Below, in pieces: positions 52,011 through 64,000 of a DNA stretch of 64,000 nt. The stretch is from Camelus ferus. Taxonomy: Eukaryota. Position numbers and translations under genes: made by a program. The DNA is taken from contig NC_045697.1 of assembly GCF_009834535.1 (NCBI RefSeq), positions 106,456,001 through 106,520,000 on the forward strand. Direction: 5' to 3'. The notes below the pieces were generated by a model. The model did no database searches. It was not told the origin of the DNA and saw nothing but the letters and a program-made list of their open reading frames with translations. Position 1 is the first letter of the stretch. Every line of letters starts with the position of its first letter.

Positions 52011-52726
52011 GGTAATCACCTTTATCAGTTCTGCTCTCAGAAATAAGTCCATTAAATTTTATGAAAATAGCGTATGATAGCAGTAGGTGTCATTCTGCTC
52101 CATGAGAAATTAATGAAATGGATGATATTCAGAGTATCCTCTGGTGCTGCCACAAGAGTTAGAGCTTTTGGTGGGAAACTTTGAATAGGTGATTTCTCTG
52201 TCCAGGAAAGGCTTTGTCTTGGTCAATGAAAAGTTTGAGCCCACAATCAGGATTGTAGGAGAATCAGAGCATGATCCTGTGGCTCTCTTTCCAACCAGCC
52301 TGCATAAAAGACTCATTAGGTCAAATCCAATTGACCTTCCTTTCTGGATGAGTTTCTGATTAATTGATTTAAATAATAGCAAAAAGTTACCTTTTTCTTC
52401 TATATTCTGGTATGAACCTGAAAAGCATTTTTCTTTGAATAAAACAGCAAAGTAACATGTAGAGAAAGGGGAAAAGCTTACTATCTCTTATGCGGAGTGG
52501 CATTTTGCTTTTGTTGACATCCGTTATCAACTTCATCCAACACACAGTAGGCCAAGCTGGGGTCTAGCCAAGAATCCTGAAAATTGCCAATGGGCAAGTC
52601 TTAGAGCAAAAGGCGGAGAAGAGCTCTTCCTGTCCAGAAAGGAAAACACATCTGAGTCTTCTCTGAGGTGAACCAAATCCAGAGAGAGTTAGTCCATTCA
52701 TGACTCTGTTCAAATAAGAACAGACT

Positions 52727-52871
52727 GGCAGACGGTATAGCTCACTGGTAGAGAGCATGCCTAGCACACATGAGATCCTGGGTTCAATTCCCAATACCTC
52801 CATTAAGTAGAGAAATAAACCTAATTACCACCCCCCATTAAAAAAAAATAATAAAAATTAAAAAAAAAAAA
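52727..52871 (+). mobile_element. Camelid-type tRNA-Ala-derived SINE
   Basis: Same head and AAACCTAATTACC tail as the other copies, with an A-rich end. TSD AACAGACT at 52719-52726 and 52872-52879. Confidence 0.9.
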
Positions 52872-53949
52872 AACAGACTAAGCCAAAAAGTAAGCACAAG
52901 GAATAATAAGGAGACTAAGCACCTGCTGCAGAACACTTCAGGAAGAGAGCGTGGGGAGGCTTCCATCAGAGCCAGAAGCAAACTTGCACATGACAGAAAA
53001 CAAATGTCAGGAGGGGAGTGGGGGAACTCCAACCCCTGTTTCAACAGCTGGGATTCAAGAGTTAGAATTAGGCAGTGGGAGCACCTCATCTTTATTTTCA
53101 GTAGACAGCCAGTATTATTCTTCAGTAGGAAGAATCAGTTATGGCCTCAGAAACTTTGTGAAGATCTTGTCTTATATTCACTGTACTAGGCAATCTCTGA
53201 GCACCTCTGCTTGGCAACTGTTCCCATAAGTGGGCTTAGCGCTTCCCAGCCATCTGTATTTGTGTGGATTACCATAAGGGCCCATTTCCTTGCCTCCTTA
53301 GGGGATGTCAAGGGTATTTTTTTTCTCCAGCAAATAGTTCATGAATCCTGAATCACAATCACCAGAGGCATCTTAATTTTCTTTTCTCCTGCCAACATCT
53401 GTATTAACCTATTGGCTAAAAAAAATAAAGAAAAAAAAAGTATAGCCTTGTTTTCACACACGATCATTTAGTACCATTTTGAAAGGCCCAGTTGCAGTCT
53501 CCCCTTGGAAGGCCAAAGGTGCAGTCTTCTGGAGAGAGAGAGGAAAAAGAAAAGAAGGGTAATGGGGGACCAGAAGCATGCCAGAGGGGGAGAAAAAAGG
53601 AAGTCATTTATTTCACTCATTTTCCTGGCAGGATTAATTTATGATTCTTGGAAACTTCTGGCAGGAAAGTGGGAGGGAGGATTTCAAGAATTCATAGAAC
53701 CATTAAAAAAAAAAAAAAAAGATGTAGCAGCAGGGAAAGGGAGTTGGACAGCGCATCTAGTCCAGTTCCTCCATGTCACAGATCTGGAAAATGAAAAAAA
53801 AAGAGGAGAAACAGGATAATCTCTACTGCTTTCCCAGTATTTGCCAATTACACTCTATTTGTTAGACTAGCCTTTACCTTGTGACATAGTTATTAGCATA
53901 TCGGTCTCCCTCTTCTGCTGGCGTATAAATTCCTTGAAATGCAAGATCA

Positions 53950-54560
53950 ACACTTAATGCAGATCTAAAACTGGAAACAACTCAAACCCATAGTGGTTTG
54001 GTGAAACAAACTTTATATATATATATAAAATTTAACAAACAAATAATAGAGTAGTACTCCATAGCTGTTCTTAAAAGGATGAACAATATCTCAACGAACT
54101 GATAAGGGAAGATCTTCCTGTGAAAAGGTAAATTTTGGGAGATAATGCATAGTATGATCCAATTTCTTTAAAATGGGCCCAAGTGCGTACGTGTGCACGA
54201 GGGCACGCATGCGCACACACGGCACTCAAAGTCCCTGCCTCCGCCCTTCACCTCTCACGCCCACCTCACACGCCTTGCTCTAGCACCGCACCGAGTCTCC
54301 AGCTTTTTCAACGTGTCTCATAAGAACACATGCCTTGAGCCCTGGTCTCCACTCAATGCCTAGCTAACTTCTAACGTCAATCCTATGTTAGGGCAGGAAT
54401 CTGAAAGAGTCTACACCAGACTCTTAACATGAATATTCCAGGGGCCAAGGTGACAGGGTATTTTTCTCTTTCTGTATCATATTTTTCTGTATGGTTTGAA
54501 TTTCTAATGATGATAATAATTTTTTATTATTTTGTAATCAAGAAAAAACAACTGTAAATA
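53950..54560 (+). mobile_element. L1ME-like 3' end remnant
   Basis: AAAACTGGAAACAACTCAA..ATAGTATGATCCAATT..TACACCAGACTCTTAACA..TTTTGTAATCAAGAAAAAA. Confidence 0.5.
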
Positions 54561-55419
54561 TAAAGAACAAAACCAAAATAAATTTTTTAAACATTTAATG
54601 CATATCTAATCAAAGTGCTTTGTGTGGAAAGAAGTTAGAAAGCTCTTTCCATCCGGGAAGGTCAGAGACAAAAATAAGGAAGGGGTAACCTTTGAATTGA
54701 ACCTTAAAGAGTGAGGAAAATTTGAATCTATGAAGACAGAAAAGTTCTGTACATGAGGGGGGGAGGGTCTTGGAATAAGGCCAATTTATAAATGGTATTT
54801 ATGAAGAAAAGAAGGCTTTACAGTTTGGTTAGAGCGCAGGGTGTCTGATAAAGTGCCCTCAGAATACCTTTCCTTTAAGCACAAATTTTTCTACTGCATA
54901 GCTCTTACGTACAAAACCTCGGCCAGCACCTCAGAGAAAGCACAATTTGACTAGTGTTCTGTAGACTATGTTACGCCTCTTGTACTTTTCAAGGTTGGCA
55001 AAGAGAAGGGAAGGGAGGGAGTAAAAATGGCCAGCACCTTCTGGCAATGTTGCCTAGTGGCCCGACAGCCAAAGAATCATTGCAGCCTCCTAGAGGAAAC
55101 ACTGAGCAAAGAATAATAAACTCATCAATGAGAAGATGCAGAAGGATCTCAGCTGGCCTTAATCTATATCTGAAAATGATTCTATTATTAAGCCTACACA
55201 CACAGCAGGATATGAATTTAATTCTTATATTGCTATGTAAGTCTTTGGTTATCTTATGAATACAAAGATTTTTATAAAATATTTTTAAACATCTACCATG
55301 CTTTAAAATCATGTATGCTGCTTCACTGCATGTGTGTACCTTCTATTATTTCAAAGAAAATGAAGAAAGAAGAACAAATTTCTAATCACTTGAAACATTC
55401 CATCAGGAAATGTCATCAT

Positions 55420-55870
55420 CTCTTCACTCAATGAATATTTATTGCAGGCTTCCTTTCTGCCAGGGACGTTTTCTAGGCACTAGAAATGCAGCAGTGAACA
55501 AAACAGACAAAAGTTCCTGCCCCCGTAGGGTTTACATTCTAGTGTAGGGAGACAAGCAATAAACAAAATTAGTAAGTAAGGTATGTAGTTATTAGAAGGC
55601 GGTAAGTGCTATGAAGGAAAAGAAAACGGGAAACAGGGAGGAAGGCTAGGGACAGGCAGAGCGGAAATGGAGGGGATATTGATTCCAAAGAGGATGATCA
55701 GGGAAGCCCTCACCGAGAAAACAACATTAGAATAAAAAAAGATTTGGGAGCACTAAGCAAATTAGTCATGTGATTATCTCAGGGAAGAACAGTCAGGACA
55801 GAGGGACAGCAACTGTAAAAGTCCTGAGGTGGGAACTGAGGAAGGGCAGGGAGGTCACTGCTGGCGGCTG
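55420..55870 (-). mobile_element. L2 3' end
   Basis: CACTCAATGAATATTTATTG..TTCTAGGCACT..CAGTGAACAAAACAGACAAAA..TTTACATTCTAGTG. Confidence 0.85.
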
Positions 55871-57984
55871 CTGGGGATCTGAGGCCGCCAGAGGGATGCT
55901 CCTGGTACAGTGCAGGACGTTGCAAAGATAGAGGAACAGGTAGTTTAGCCAGGTGGGCTTGGGAGTGGGGGCACCAAGGTATAATGATATGGAGTGAGTC
56001 CTGCTGTAAAAGAATAGCCAAAGAGAGGAACTGGCCTCATGAAGGAAGAAAGAGGGTATCATATGAAGTGAAACTCCAGCCGTCCCCTGGGAGGAGCCGC
56101 AGTAACCAGGAGCAAGTAGACAGCCATGGAAGGAGGTAGCCCAGCACTGCGAAGGCTGGAGGCTTTGATTTCCATTCCTGGAGAGGCCCTCCCGCCCTGC
56201 CCTGCCACACTGGTTTCTCCCTATTGCCTGTGAGCTCTGCGGAAATGACACAAACAAAACAGGGTGTTGTGAGAGTAGTAGCGTTAACAGGCAGTCTGCA
56301 TGCTTCATCTCTGGCATGGCTGGTTCTGTTTTCTCTGCTAGCTTAATATTTCCCTGAAATTTTGCAAAGGGACAGAAAGACAATTTAGTCTGGAAGTTTG
56401 TTAGTTTCATATAGCAGATATTCCCAGAAATGCCGAGGGGAGAGGGGTATTCCAATAAAAAGCAGCATGCCTAATCTAAGAACCTAAGGGACCCTGGAGG
56501 AGAATTGTACTAGACCCAAGTAAAATATGTTAAAACACTCCAAACAAAACCTTGATTTAACAAATGCCTTTACAAGCAGTTGCTTTACTGAATGCTATCC
56601 CTCTAGTTTGCTCTGATAAACAACAGATCATAAATTTAAACTTCGTATCTTAATCCCACTATAAGCTTTTAACTCATTAAATATTTTTAAGATAGAGAAC
56701 AAAGACCAAATTATTAAATTCCATTAACAAGTGCTAAAGATAAGCTGTTAAGGCCCATTAAAATATATATGCTTGAATGCTCCTTCATTTCAAAAAGTTG
56801 GAAAGCAAAAAATGAAAAATTTTGCCTTACTAAAAATAGCCATGCCAAATTGCAAATAGGTATGGGGAAGTTGTCACTTAACAACAGCCAGGCAAACGCT
56901 TTCAAAATACCTGAAACCAATATAACAATAATTATTATTCATTTGAAAGCCCTGAGCTTAGCATGACTTCTATATTTGTGTGAGCTTTAGGTGATCACAT
57001 TTGATTCTGTCTCATTTTGCAGTAAAGCAATGTCATATAAAATGATGTTATCAACCTCAGAAAAATAGATAACTGTTGTAACAGGATATCATAATCCTGC
57101 TAAATGAGTGGTTTGTCACTAATTTGCCACAGCACTAATTTTATCAAAGTACAAACACCTTGTATTGCAATCCACCTGCATTTACTGGGATTAAAACCTA
57201 GGCCTTTTCTTCAACAACACTGCCACCTTCTGTCTAGTGTGGATTTACTGGTATTTCTATGTCTTCAAGAGTCAGGAAATGTACTTTAGATTCGTATATT
57301 CTTAAAGTTGGAAGAGGCCATAAAGAAGGCCTAAACAATCCCTCACATTATTTGGATGAGGGAACTGAGACCCAAAGGTTTTAAGTCACATGCTCAATGT
57401 CCTACAGCCATTTCGCCCAAATTAGAACTGATTCTCTTGCCATCGGCGTGTCTATTAAATCAAATGGAGTGGAGACGTTTTATCAAGAGCTTAATAATAA
57501 TTTTCTCCAAGAAAGGAATTTACTTATTTATGTTACACAAATTTTGTACCCTAAGAAACATTATGCTTTCAAATTTAAAAGATTTCTATTTGTTCAATGT
57601 GTAGCCTTAAAATTATTCTAGGCCAGAAAAGCAGGTGATAACTAACAATTTTTCTTTTACTTTACTCCATTCTCATCTCCCCAGTTATGAAAATTTTTGT
57701 CAAACAAGGCACAATACCAATGCTAATGGGAAAGTTCTAGAAACACAATGGATAAGAAATGTATCATATATACTTAGGAGTAATTAAACCAGAATTGTGT
57801 TGCTAAACTTCATTAGTTTATTAAACTATAGGTATATTTTAGAGTACGCCATTTAAAACTTAACAAAATCTCTTTTAGCAGATTTTTTAAGTTTTTCACC
57901 AACTTAAATGTCTCATGTAACTAAGTTGGATGCAAATAGAATTAGCATTTCTGCTATCAACTCCACTTAGTCATTCTAACATAT

Positions 57985-58950
57985 TACATATTTGTTAATA
58001 TGTTAAAGACTTTTGTGTCTATGTTCATGAAGAATATGGACTTGTAGTTTCTTTTTCTCATAATATGTTAGAGTATTGTTGGCCTCATGAAATGAGTGTA
58101 ACCTTCTCCTCTGTTTTCTGGATGAGGTTTTTGTAAGGTTAGGAATAATGCCTTCTTGTATGTTTTATGGAATTTACCAACAAAACTGTCTGGGCCTAAA
58201 GTTTCCTTTGAAGCAAAGTTCTATTTATGAATTCAAGTTAATAGGTATAAGTATATTCTGATTTTCAATTTTTTTTGTTCATTTTGGTAATTGGTGTCTT
58301 TCAAGGATTTATGCATTTCATCACATTTATTGGCATAAAGTTATTCATAAACCTCCTCTATTATCTTCTCAAAGTCTGTAGGCTCTGTAGTGCTCTCCTG
58401 TCTTCCAGTGTTAATATTGGTGATTTATTTCACTTTTTCATGATTAGTCTGGTCAGAGGTTTATCAATTGTATTAGTCTTTTCAAAGGACTAGGCTATGA
58501 TTTTTACAGATTTTTATCTAATATTTACCTGATTTTTATCTCATTGATTTCTTCCCTTTATTATTGTCTTCCTTCTACTGACTTTGGGTTGTTCTTTTCC
58601 TAGCTTCTAATGGCAGAAGCAGAGATCACTGAATTTAAACCACTCTTCTAATATAAGCATTGAAATATGTAAATGTATCTTATGCCCTATTTAAGCCACA
58701 TTTTCACAAATTTTGATATATTGTATGTTCGTGAACATTCAGTTCTATTGTCTATTTTCCCTTGTTTTTCTTCTTGGACCAATGAGTCTTTGAGAGTATA
58801 TTGTTTTCTTTAAAAGTAGTTGAGAATTGTTCTATAGTCTAGCATGTGGTCTATTTTAGAGAATGTCCTGTGTGCACTTAAAAAGAATGCATATTTTCCT
58901 ATTGTTTAGATGTGTATTCTATTAACGATACTTAGCTCAAGTTGCTTTAT
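57985..58950 (-). mobile_element. Old antisense L1 ORF2 fragment
   Basis: TTTTGTGTCTATGTTCATGA, GGCCTCATGAAATGAG, GAGGTTTATCAATTGTATTAGTCTTTTCAAAGGAC. Confidence 0.75.
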
Positions 58951-59884
58951 TTTTTTATATCTACCAACCCAATATTCAAGGAATACATTTACTTTTTAAA
59001 TTTTGCTTCAATAATGTTTAGATCGTTGGACTCACCCTGAAATGTCACCAAATCAGAGCTGAAAATCATTGCCCAAGGCAATTAGTTTGAAAGCCAGAGA
59101 CCATATGATTGCCTGTCCCTCATTGTTCTGAAATCTTATGATTAAGCACAACACTAGAAAATGTAGAACTCCTTTTGAATGGTCATTGGAAATTTGTTCT
59201 AAAATACAAAGTTAGTAAAAAGTAAAAAGTAAAACTAAGAATTATTCATACTTTTATAAAGTAGAATAAAATTAAACTGTACATTGGTTAATGCATTTAG
59301 CCTTACGGGTTTAATTCTAATTAACCTGTCACATGAAGAAGAGCCTTTGCTCCAAAACCAGTAGATCGTGATGATACTTGGCTTCATTTTCCTAAAGCTA
59401 GTTGATCTTTAACTTCCTTATTTATGCTGTGATTTCTTGCATAGTACACTCTATAGAATCTAGACTGTAAATGAGGATTAGAAATTAGTGAGCTACTCTG
59501 AGATAGTATAGAAACTGAGCTAGGTATCCCGCTGGAAAAATACCTGCATTTCTTATCACAGCTTTACTTGACTACCCTCCCCATTCTACGAATCAGCAAT
59601 CATGGCAGGAAGGCCTGGAAATAGTTGCAAATATTCATACTCCTTTCCTTGTAGGCCATGTCAAGACTTTATAGAGTTCTTTAACAGTCCAGAAGTCTAC
59701 AACTAAGTTACTTTTCCATCTCATCCTTCCTTACCAGTACACACTGACTGCACCTGCTGGAATACTGAAACTATCATTAAATATCCAAGAAAATCATCAT
59801 TAATTGAGAAATATTGAGGGGAAGAATATCAGAGAGAAGTCAAAGTAAAGCAGCAGCATGTCATCAAAAGATTACAAACTTCCA

Positions 59885-60038
59885 GGGGAGAGTGTATCGC
59901 TCAGTGGTTAGATTACATGCTCAGCATGCAGGAGGCCCTGGATTCAATCCCTAGTACCTCCATTAAAATAAATAACTAAATAAATAAGCCTAATTACCTC
60001 TACCCCAAAAAATAAAAATTAAAAAATTTTCTAAAAAT
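59885..60038 (+). mobile_element. Camelid-type tRNA-Ala-derived SINE
   Basis: Homologous to the other copies. TSD AAAGATTAC(A/T)AACTT at 59867-59881 and 60039-60053, with one mismatch. Confidence 0.9.
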
Positions 60039-61851
60039 AAAGATTACTAACTTTGGACATGAACAAAAGAATCATGCCTGGTTTTGAATTCTAGGTGTTT
60101 CATTTAGGAATTGTGTCATGTTAGACAGTATTTAGGCCAATCTGCTCTTTGTAAAATGAGCATTATAAAAGGTTCGCAGGCACATTAGCACATTACATGG
60201 TATGTAGTAGGTGATTAATAGTGATTCCCTTCTAGTCACCCTCTAGCCCACCAGTCCAATCTCCCAACTGGGGGTAATTTGTTGGTGTTTAAGGACATGT
60301 CCATCATATAGTTCATCTTCCAGGTTATGAAAGTGAATATCAGGAAGATTAGCCATATTTCCAAACAGACTTAGGAAATGCATTATGATCTAAGTCTAAA
60401 GGCACTCAATTTTCTCCTGTAGAATTATCTGAATTCTACAACGCACCCTCCTAAGTCCTATATTTTCCACTGTTCTCTCAAGAGCCAATCAGATTTCTCA
60501 CTCTGCATCGCAGACTTACTGTAGTGTCACAGGTGACAGTAGTCAGTAAAAATTAATTAAGGTTAATTAAGTGTGCTTCATAATAGTAAGAATTGGAAAG
60601 GATTTACTCCTAGAACTTTAATCACATTATAATCAAAGTATTTGCAAACTAATGAGCCATCACTGAATTGAGGTATAAGAATATTCCAGGTATTCTTCCT
60701 GTGTGGTCACTTCTACTTGCATGACTTTATTTCTAAGGGATAGTTCATCATTGCTTAATAGATACAGCATAATAAATAATACCATAATAATAAATAATGC
60801 ATAACACATGATAAATAATGAACACGTTTTGACAATTAATTGCAGGTCAACGGAAATTGTGATTGGCTCTTACCAGCAACTTAAAGGGAAAAAAAAGTAC
60901 ACAGGAAAGATCCATAAGGTAAGATGCAGCAGATTTTTGTCATCCATTATTTCTCAGCTGAGATAGGGAGAAACTTGTCTCTAAAACTCCAAGATTCCTC
61001 AGTACAGAAATAATTGCTTTTTTTGGGGGGAATTAATATGTACTAATTAAGAGAAATAGTTTGGGCTAATTAAGAATTATGTAAAATGACACAGAAATTC
61101 ATTAACTTTCAAACTATTAGAATATGGTAAAATACACTTAATACTGAAATTCTACTGAACATAATGTAATGAACATACTAATTTTTTTCTCTGGATGTTG
61201 AAGATGGTCAGCATCTTGTGCCTCTAGGTCATTACTATGAAAGCAGTGATCATTAGATTACATGGTCAGAAGGAATTGGAGAGTCCATAGTAACTCAATT
61301 TGTTAACCATGGTGCCTGCCATGCTAGCCACCCCTTCAAGTGGAAACCTCCCATGCCCACAGCTTCTGCATGGTGACAACTCAGGGCAGCTGTGTTTCAA
61401 AGTTAGAGCAGCACCTGCTGATGGGACCAGAGCAATCATTTGACCCATAAGAAGCCAATCCACAGTCTAGCTAGCAATGTATAAAGTGCTTGGACATCAA
61501 AAAAATCAACGTCTATCTTAGGAAATTTAAACTTGTTTATATATATATTGCAGCTGTCAGAGAAAGCCAGTGAAGGCTCATGGAAAAATATAGGATAGAA
61601 GAAGCTGTGACAGCCAAATTTACGAGTAAACAGAAATTATGAGTAAGCAGAGGCAGAAGGTAAAGAAAAGATATATAGAGAGTGGAAGGTGAAGAATGTA
61701 GTCAGTAGAGTGTGGCGAATGGAGCAGACATATGAAAAGTAACTGAATCACATTAATAGGAGAGCCCTTGACTCAAAATCAATAGACTCCTGCTGTCCAA
61801 ATCTCTGGAGCTGCCTGGGATTCTGAGCTGACATCTAGTTCTGGTTTCCTC

Positions 61852-61951
61852 TTTTTTTTTTTTTTTTGGATAGTGGAAGTACTTGGGGCTGAACCCAGGA
61901 CCTTGTGCATACCAAGCATGTGCCCTAGCACTGAGCTATATCCTCCCACCC
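61852..61951 (-). mobile_element. Camelid-type tRNA-Ala-derived SINE, short form (head plus poly-A only)
   Basis: Reverse-strand tRNA-like head next to a poly-T run. Imperfect TSD CTGGTTTCCTCTT / CTGGCTTTCTCTT at 61841-61853 and 61952-61964. Confidence 0.88.
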
Positions 61952-64000
61952 CTGGCTTTCTCTTGATTCTCATATCTTGTTTGTATCCTCCCCCACCCCA
62001 AATTACTTGACATAAATTGAACTTTCCATCTTTTCAATCAAATCAGTATATGAGAATGAGAAGATTAAACTGTCTGCTGCTTCCATGGCATTCTTAATTG
62101 TCTTGAATAAGCCTCCATTAGAAACTTATTTGCCATTGGTCTTTTCCTCATAAAAGGTTGGTACAGTGATAGCCATAAATTTTATTTTAATTACTCATTT
62201 TTGGATTTCATTTTAAGTAGCATATAGACTCTTCGTGTGTAACTCTCAGGTGAAGGGCAGGTTGAATCCAGAAATACAGAATTTAGATTGAGAATCAAGG
62301 CTAAACTCTCCATGTAGACCAAAGCCAGCTCCACCAAGGGAGGAATCCCAGGTACTATTATTATAACTATTTTGAAAAATTCAGGTACCATTGGTCTTAG
62401 ATCTCCAGAAAACAATTATATTTGCATTGAATTTTAGACAGTTTTATGTTAAGTTCACAAATCCCTAACTCCAGCATACAAAATAAAAACAGATAAATCT
62501 AGTGAAACGGTATACAAGCACAATATCTAGATGACCAAATCTGAGAAATAAATAAGGCAAACTATAATAGAAATGCCAAGAGAGGAGAGCGGAGGAGAGG
62601 AAAGAAAGAGAAGTGGGAGAGGAAATTCTAGGGAGTAGAATAATGATCCAAAATCTATACACAAATCCACTGTAGACTCCACAAGGAAAAGTGGGTACAG
62701 TAGTTGGAAAGGCAGGCTGACAGATGGAGAAGACTAAGGCTTCATTCATCCTTTACCCTCTCAGACTTCTTTACGAATCAGGCAGTGAAAGTTTGTGTTG
62801 TTTAGCCCAGTGTTATAACAGATTTGGCCCTAAAGAGAAGTTAAAAGGACATTTATGGTTGATGCTGGAATCAGAAATATTTTATACAGGGAACCCTGAT
62901 CACGTTTGTGTTATATTACATTAATGCACCTATGTGTTTGCTCATGGTAGGTCTGAGAACCCTTGACCCATGTTGTGCTCTCTTCTAATTTTCACTACAT
63001 CTGGAGGTTCCCATGTGACTTCGGTTTTCTCAGATGATCCTACTTCCCCAAGACAGGTGATGTTTTGTACTGTATGTAAATAACAAGTAAAATCACCTGA
63101 AGGTTATAGGTAGCTAGTTGTGACTAACTCAGATCTGGCTCTAGCGTGTCTTCACCACACTCCCTTCACATTGGAGTTCAAGGTCACTCTGTAGGGGGGT
63201 GTCACGGACAGGCTTGCCCATCCCACCTCCATATCCGAATGTAGTGCTCATATAAAAATGTTATCAATGGATGTTAGACACAATGGTACAGGACTGACAT
63301 TTACAGAACATAACCGTCACCCACTTTATGGTTATTATGGGGAAATGAATTTCATAGCCTAGTCAGGGACCCGACATTTTAACTTTTGGAAGGTACCAAT
63401 TGGGGGATGCATGCATATGTGCATTTTTGTGTAACAGATAAGAAGGACTTCAAAGCAACTTAATATATATATATTTGACAGAGAGCAGGTCAGAATACAT
63501 GCAGAGCTTTAAAAAAAATTAAGGGGGAAAGAAGTGAATGTTTTTAGCTTTTCTTCACTCAGAAACATTGCATTAACACATTTGTTTTGAGAAGTCAAAG
63601 ATTTTACCCCAGTTAGAGAAACAGTTTTTTACACATTGCCTAAAGGTGAGCCCTAAAACAAAAGTGCCAAGTGTTCGCATCATTTTAAATGTTTAAAGTT
63701 TTTGGAATCTATTATAAAGTGTAAATGACAGGGTAAATACATTTTTTAATGGCAAGAGCAAGAAAAACTGAATTCACATTTTGGGAGTCTATTAAATTAA
63801 AGTGATTTTTAGCACACTCTGCATTCTCCTTGCTTGAAAGAGAAATAATAATTCAGAGACCAGCCCTTTTTTATTCCTCGGAGAGGCATAAAGAACAATG
63901 ACTGAAATGACTTTGAGAGGAGAAAAAGAACTGACAGCCAGCAGGGAGAATGGATACTGCTGTAAAGAATGGACTTACAAGGAAAAAAAATGTATCTTGG

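Noticed and set aside
55793..56455. 220-aa minus-strand ORF
   Set aside because: It partly overlaps L2, resembles no protein family I know and has no convincing splice signals, so it is likely a chance ORF.

Overview
This is AT-rich, CpG-depleted mammalian genomic DNA, most likely from a camelid (alpaca, llama or camel). The evidence is four copies of a short tRNA-Ala(AGC)-derived SINE of the camelid type, with no Alu, Bov-tA/BovB, PRE-1 or Can-SINE recognised. I find no supportable protein-coding exon, and the supplied ORFs look like chance ORFs or lie in decayed repeats. The main feature is a CpG-rich promoter at about 30.36-31.06 kb with an ETS site, three GC boxes and a 14x8-bp G-quadruplex-prone tandem repeat. 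It appears to drive a minus-strand gene whose multi-exon leader runs off the left edge (candidate exons ~30790-30710, 28462-28315, 6153-6043 and a 29-nt microexon 2329-2301). That leader would carry 10 AUGs. A divergent plus-strand transcript is also possible (TATA at 31101, consensus donor at 31754/31755). The rest is layered ancient transposons (L1, HAL1-like, L2, MIR, MLT1, LTR16, MER20, MER58, Charlie), several nested with visible target-site duplications (TSDs), plus unique segments with enhancer-like motif clusters. The gene could not be identified from sequence; GTDC1/QTMAN next to ZEB2 is an unverified guess from architecture only. I see no evidence of a wholly new biological system. 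Repeat family names are by eye, and boundaries of old repeats are approximate.
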